Assembly (NCBI GenBank): GCA_030390025.1
Contig: CM059431.1
Span: 114,702,001 to 114,766,000 of the forward strand
From: Squalus acanthias
Taxonomy: Eukaryota
Length of the DNA stretch: 64,000 nt
Direction of reading: 5' to 3'
The notes beneath the pieces are model-generated. The model ran no database searches, had not been told where the DNA came from, and saw nothing but the letters and a program-made list of their open reading frames with translations. Position 1 is the first letter of the stretch; each line of letters starts with the position of its first letter. Of the stretch, positions 61,289-64,000 are shown one piece after another. Made by a program: the position numbers and the translations under genes.

Positions 61289-64000
61289 CTGAGGGATAAA
61301 GAAAATACATTACAAACGATCTTTCTCATTCTTCAATAGAAGTTTAACCTCCAGTTAGTCTGATTTCCTCATGCATTAGGGCAATCACCCAGGGACATTT
61401 CCCCTTTAGGAAATCTACTACCTCTTGGGTTCCCATGAGGGCTCATCAAATTGGGTCACTAAGATGAACTATACAATACGGTTGGACAGGACTGGGCTCC
61501 GCTATGATTTCCCCCCCCACCCCCCCCTATAATGAATTTTAGTCATTTGGGTAAGGTGCCCAGCATTTATGGAACTGTACCCCAGGAAGGGAAGAGAGGG
61601 GAGAAAAATTGCCAGAGGAAATTGACAAGAAAAAAGCCCACTCCCATTCGATCCTCCCTTTGTTGTATTATGTAAAACTTCACTCATTCACTTGCAAGTT
61701 TCGTCCAAGAAAAAGGAGCACAAGAACTGTAAGACAAAGACATAACTACTGAAAGAATTACTGTGAAGAAAAATCTTCACACTCTACCTGGTCAGAAAGG
61801 AAAAAAACAGGAAGGGGAATCTGCAGAGGCTGAACTTCAGTGCACAATGAGAAGGCATGCAACCATTGTTTATTCAACCTCCATGTACTTTGGTGGATTT
61901 CCAAAGACTTGAAGTATTCAACAGGTGAGCTTGGAAAACCACCGTCAAATCTTCTGTTATCATAGGCTGGTAACGCAAGACACCAAATCTTGTGAAAGCA
62001 TATGTAATGTTCCAACCTTACAAATGCCGCAGATAGAAATCCCTTCAAATTAGCCAAAGAGGCGGCACTACAGGAATAGAATGATCTTCAAGATCCACCA
62101 AGGATTAAAGGTCATGTTCCACCAGGAAATAAGGATCGCTGCTACTCATGTTGCTAACCGCTTAGTAATAGGTTCACCCAAGGCTTTGTTACCAAATGAC
62201 ACAACTGCCTAAATTAATCTTTTTGCCATGTCGTGTTAAAATTTTAGCAGCATGTACAACCAAAAAGTGATCTTCAAAAGGAAACACGAGAAGGTTGACA
62301 GAACTTGTGCACCATATTCTCAACATTAAAAGAAATAGGAATGTTGAGCCCTGTGGACTGTCCTTCCCACATGCTATCTATCACAAATGGCAAATCTTAG
62401 TCATGGTGCAATCTTTCCCATCCTCTTTCAAATCTTGGCACTGGGGCATGAAACAGCCATTACACAGATCTGGAGTAAACTCTCAGAACTCAATTCACCA
62501 ATTCATACAGATAGGATATGATCATAAGCATGCCATACGACAGTGAATTAAAGTGGATTTTGTGGCATAAGTGAACAAAATACTCCCAGTCTTGTGATCC
62601 TCCAGATGCCAACAACAACTACCAGTGGCTGCTAGAAAGTTTAACTTTTCAACATCCACACATTCAGTGGCGAGCTCTGGCAGCTGCTGGGACAAGTCTG
62701 GAGACGTTCTCACAAGTGATTTTGATGAGCTGACATCCAAAGCCAGAAGCTCCAAGAACCAAGTCTCCCCTGCACAGAGGCACATGGAGACCATCATCAC
62801 CTCCTCGCAATTCTCTGAAGGATGATATTCAGGGAAATTGATGAATGTGTACAAGAATCCCCACTCTATAAATCTGCCCAGGACCACAAGGGGCTACAAT
62901 GGCAGGAGTCACAGAAAGTCTTACAATCAGGACCATGAAAAACAGCCACTGGCATGAAGCCCAAAATGATTTTTTTTTTAAATTTGTTTATGGGATGTGG
63001 GCGTCGCTGGCAAGGCCAGCATTTATGGCCCATCCCTAATATTATGTAGAATAATTATGTACAACTAAGCCTACAACTTTGATTCCAACTGGATCTTGGC
63101 ACACAATGCATACATCACATCTTCAGGGAGATAACATTCTCTCTCCCATCAGAAACTAGACTCCTACAAATGACCAGCTATGTTTAACAGTTGAGATTTC
63201 TCTAAAATAATTAAAAGTCCCTCAACGTGAGAACAGTTCTATGATCTACCACTCTCCTCCACTTCCTTCAAAAATGACTGCATGTCAGCCACACATGGAA
63301 TTTCTCATGCCCAGAAAAGTCTCAAAAACTAAGCCATTTCATGAAGACCCAAGTGCTTAAGTGAGACTGAATAGTATTACCCTGAATTGGTAATGAACTC
63401 CACCAATTATTACTTAACATGGGCAGATACTAATACACAGAACACATCCTTCAAATTCACTACAGCTAGCTAGTCTCCAGACTGCACTGCTTGAATAATC
63501 GGTAGAAGAGTTACTATCCTTTATTTCTTCATGAAAACATTTAGACCCACATTAACGAGTGGGTAAAAGATTCTCAGAGCAACTTGTAGCACAAGGTCAA
63601 AAAGTTTCCAGCATCAGATTAAACTGGATTTTTGGCAACTAAAAAACCCCCAAAAGACAGCCAACTTGAGAGTCTGGAGAAGCTTGTGGGGGCAGGGGAG
63701 AAACATTAACATATGAATGTTAAAAGAGTAATAGTCAAAGTTACACTGCAGTTTTGGAGTGAATAATTAGTGGGGGAAAACATTTTCAACGGAGAGAACA
63801 GCAGAGAGCTCCTCCTGACGAGAGGAACAAAACAAATGCCAGTCTCAGCAGGTTATACTTCTGCTCAGCGAAGAGGTCATCTCATTAAAATGGAGGGAAT
63901 TTGAGAAGGCAATTGCTCTGTAGAGAAATACGTGTAGCATCACATGGTCTGTGGAGGCTGAATGAATAGTAGGGTCTGTACCAGAACTGGTAAATTGCAA

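Noticed and set aside
61290..64000. Further upstream RBM26 exons
   Set aside because: No frame with RBM26-like peptide and matching splice sites was found. They probably lie beyond the window.

Overview
Vertebrate genomic DNA, most likely from a cartilaginous fish (shark). This is inferred from the repeat complement: CR1/HER1-type LINEs, an HE1-like V-SINE, a Deu-SINE, L2, RTE and Penelope-like elements. The only host gene I can support is the 3' part of RBM26 on the minus strand. It has nine coding exons between 61288 and 33321, all with GT-AG boundaries in phase 0, encoding 345 aa: coiled coil, RG-repeat box, C-terminal RRM and an acidic tail ending ...PRSWRR*. A 3' UTR follows, and the 5' exons lie beyond the right edge of the window. 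The rest is intronic or intergenic and dominated by decayed retroelements and MITE-like elements. Most notable observations: (i) several short Penelope-derived inserts with their own target-site duplications (TSDs), some carrying minimal hammerhead-ribozyme motifs, including a 90-bp insert that is little more than the ribozyme motif; (ii) a candidate alternative terminal exon or 13-nt microexon of RBM26 downstream of the main poly(A) signal; (iii) nested and inverted elements in RBM26 introns that could pair across in-frame exons. Family names come from recalled consensus sequences, not from database searches. Repeat boundaries without TSDs are approximate.
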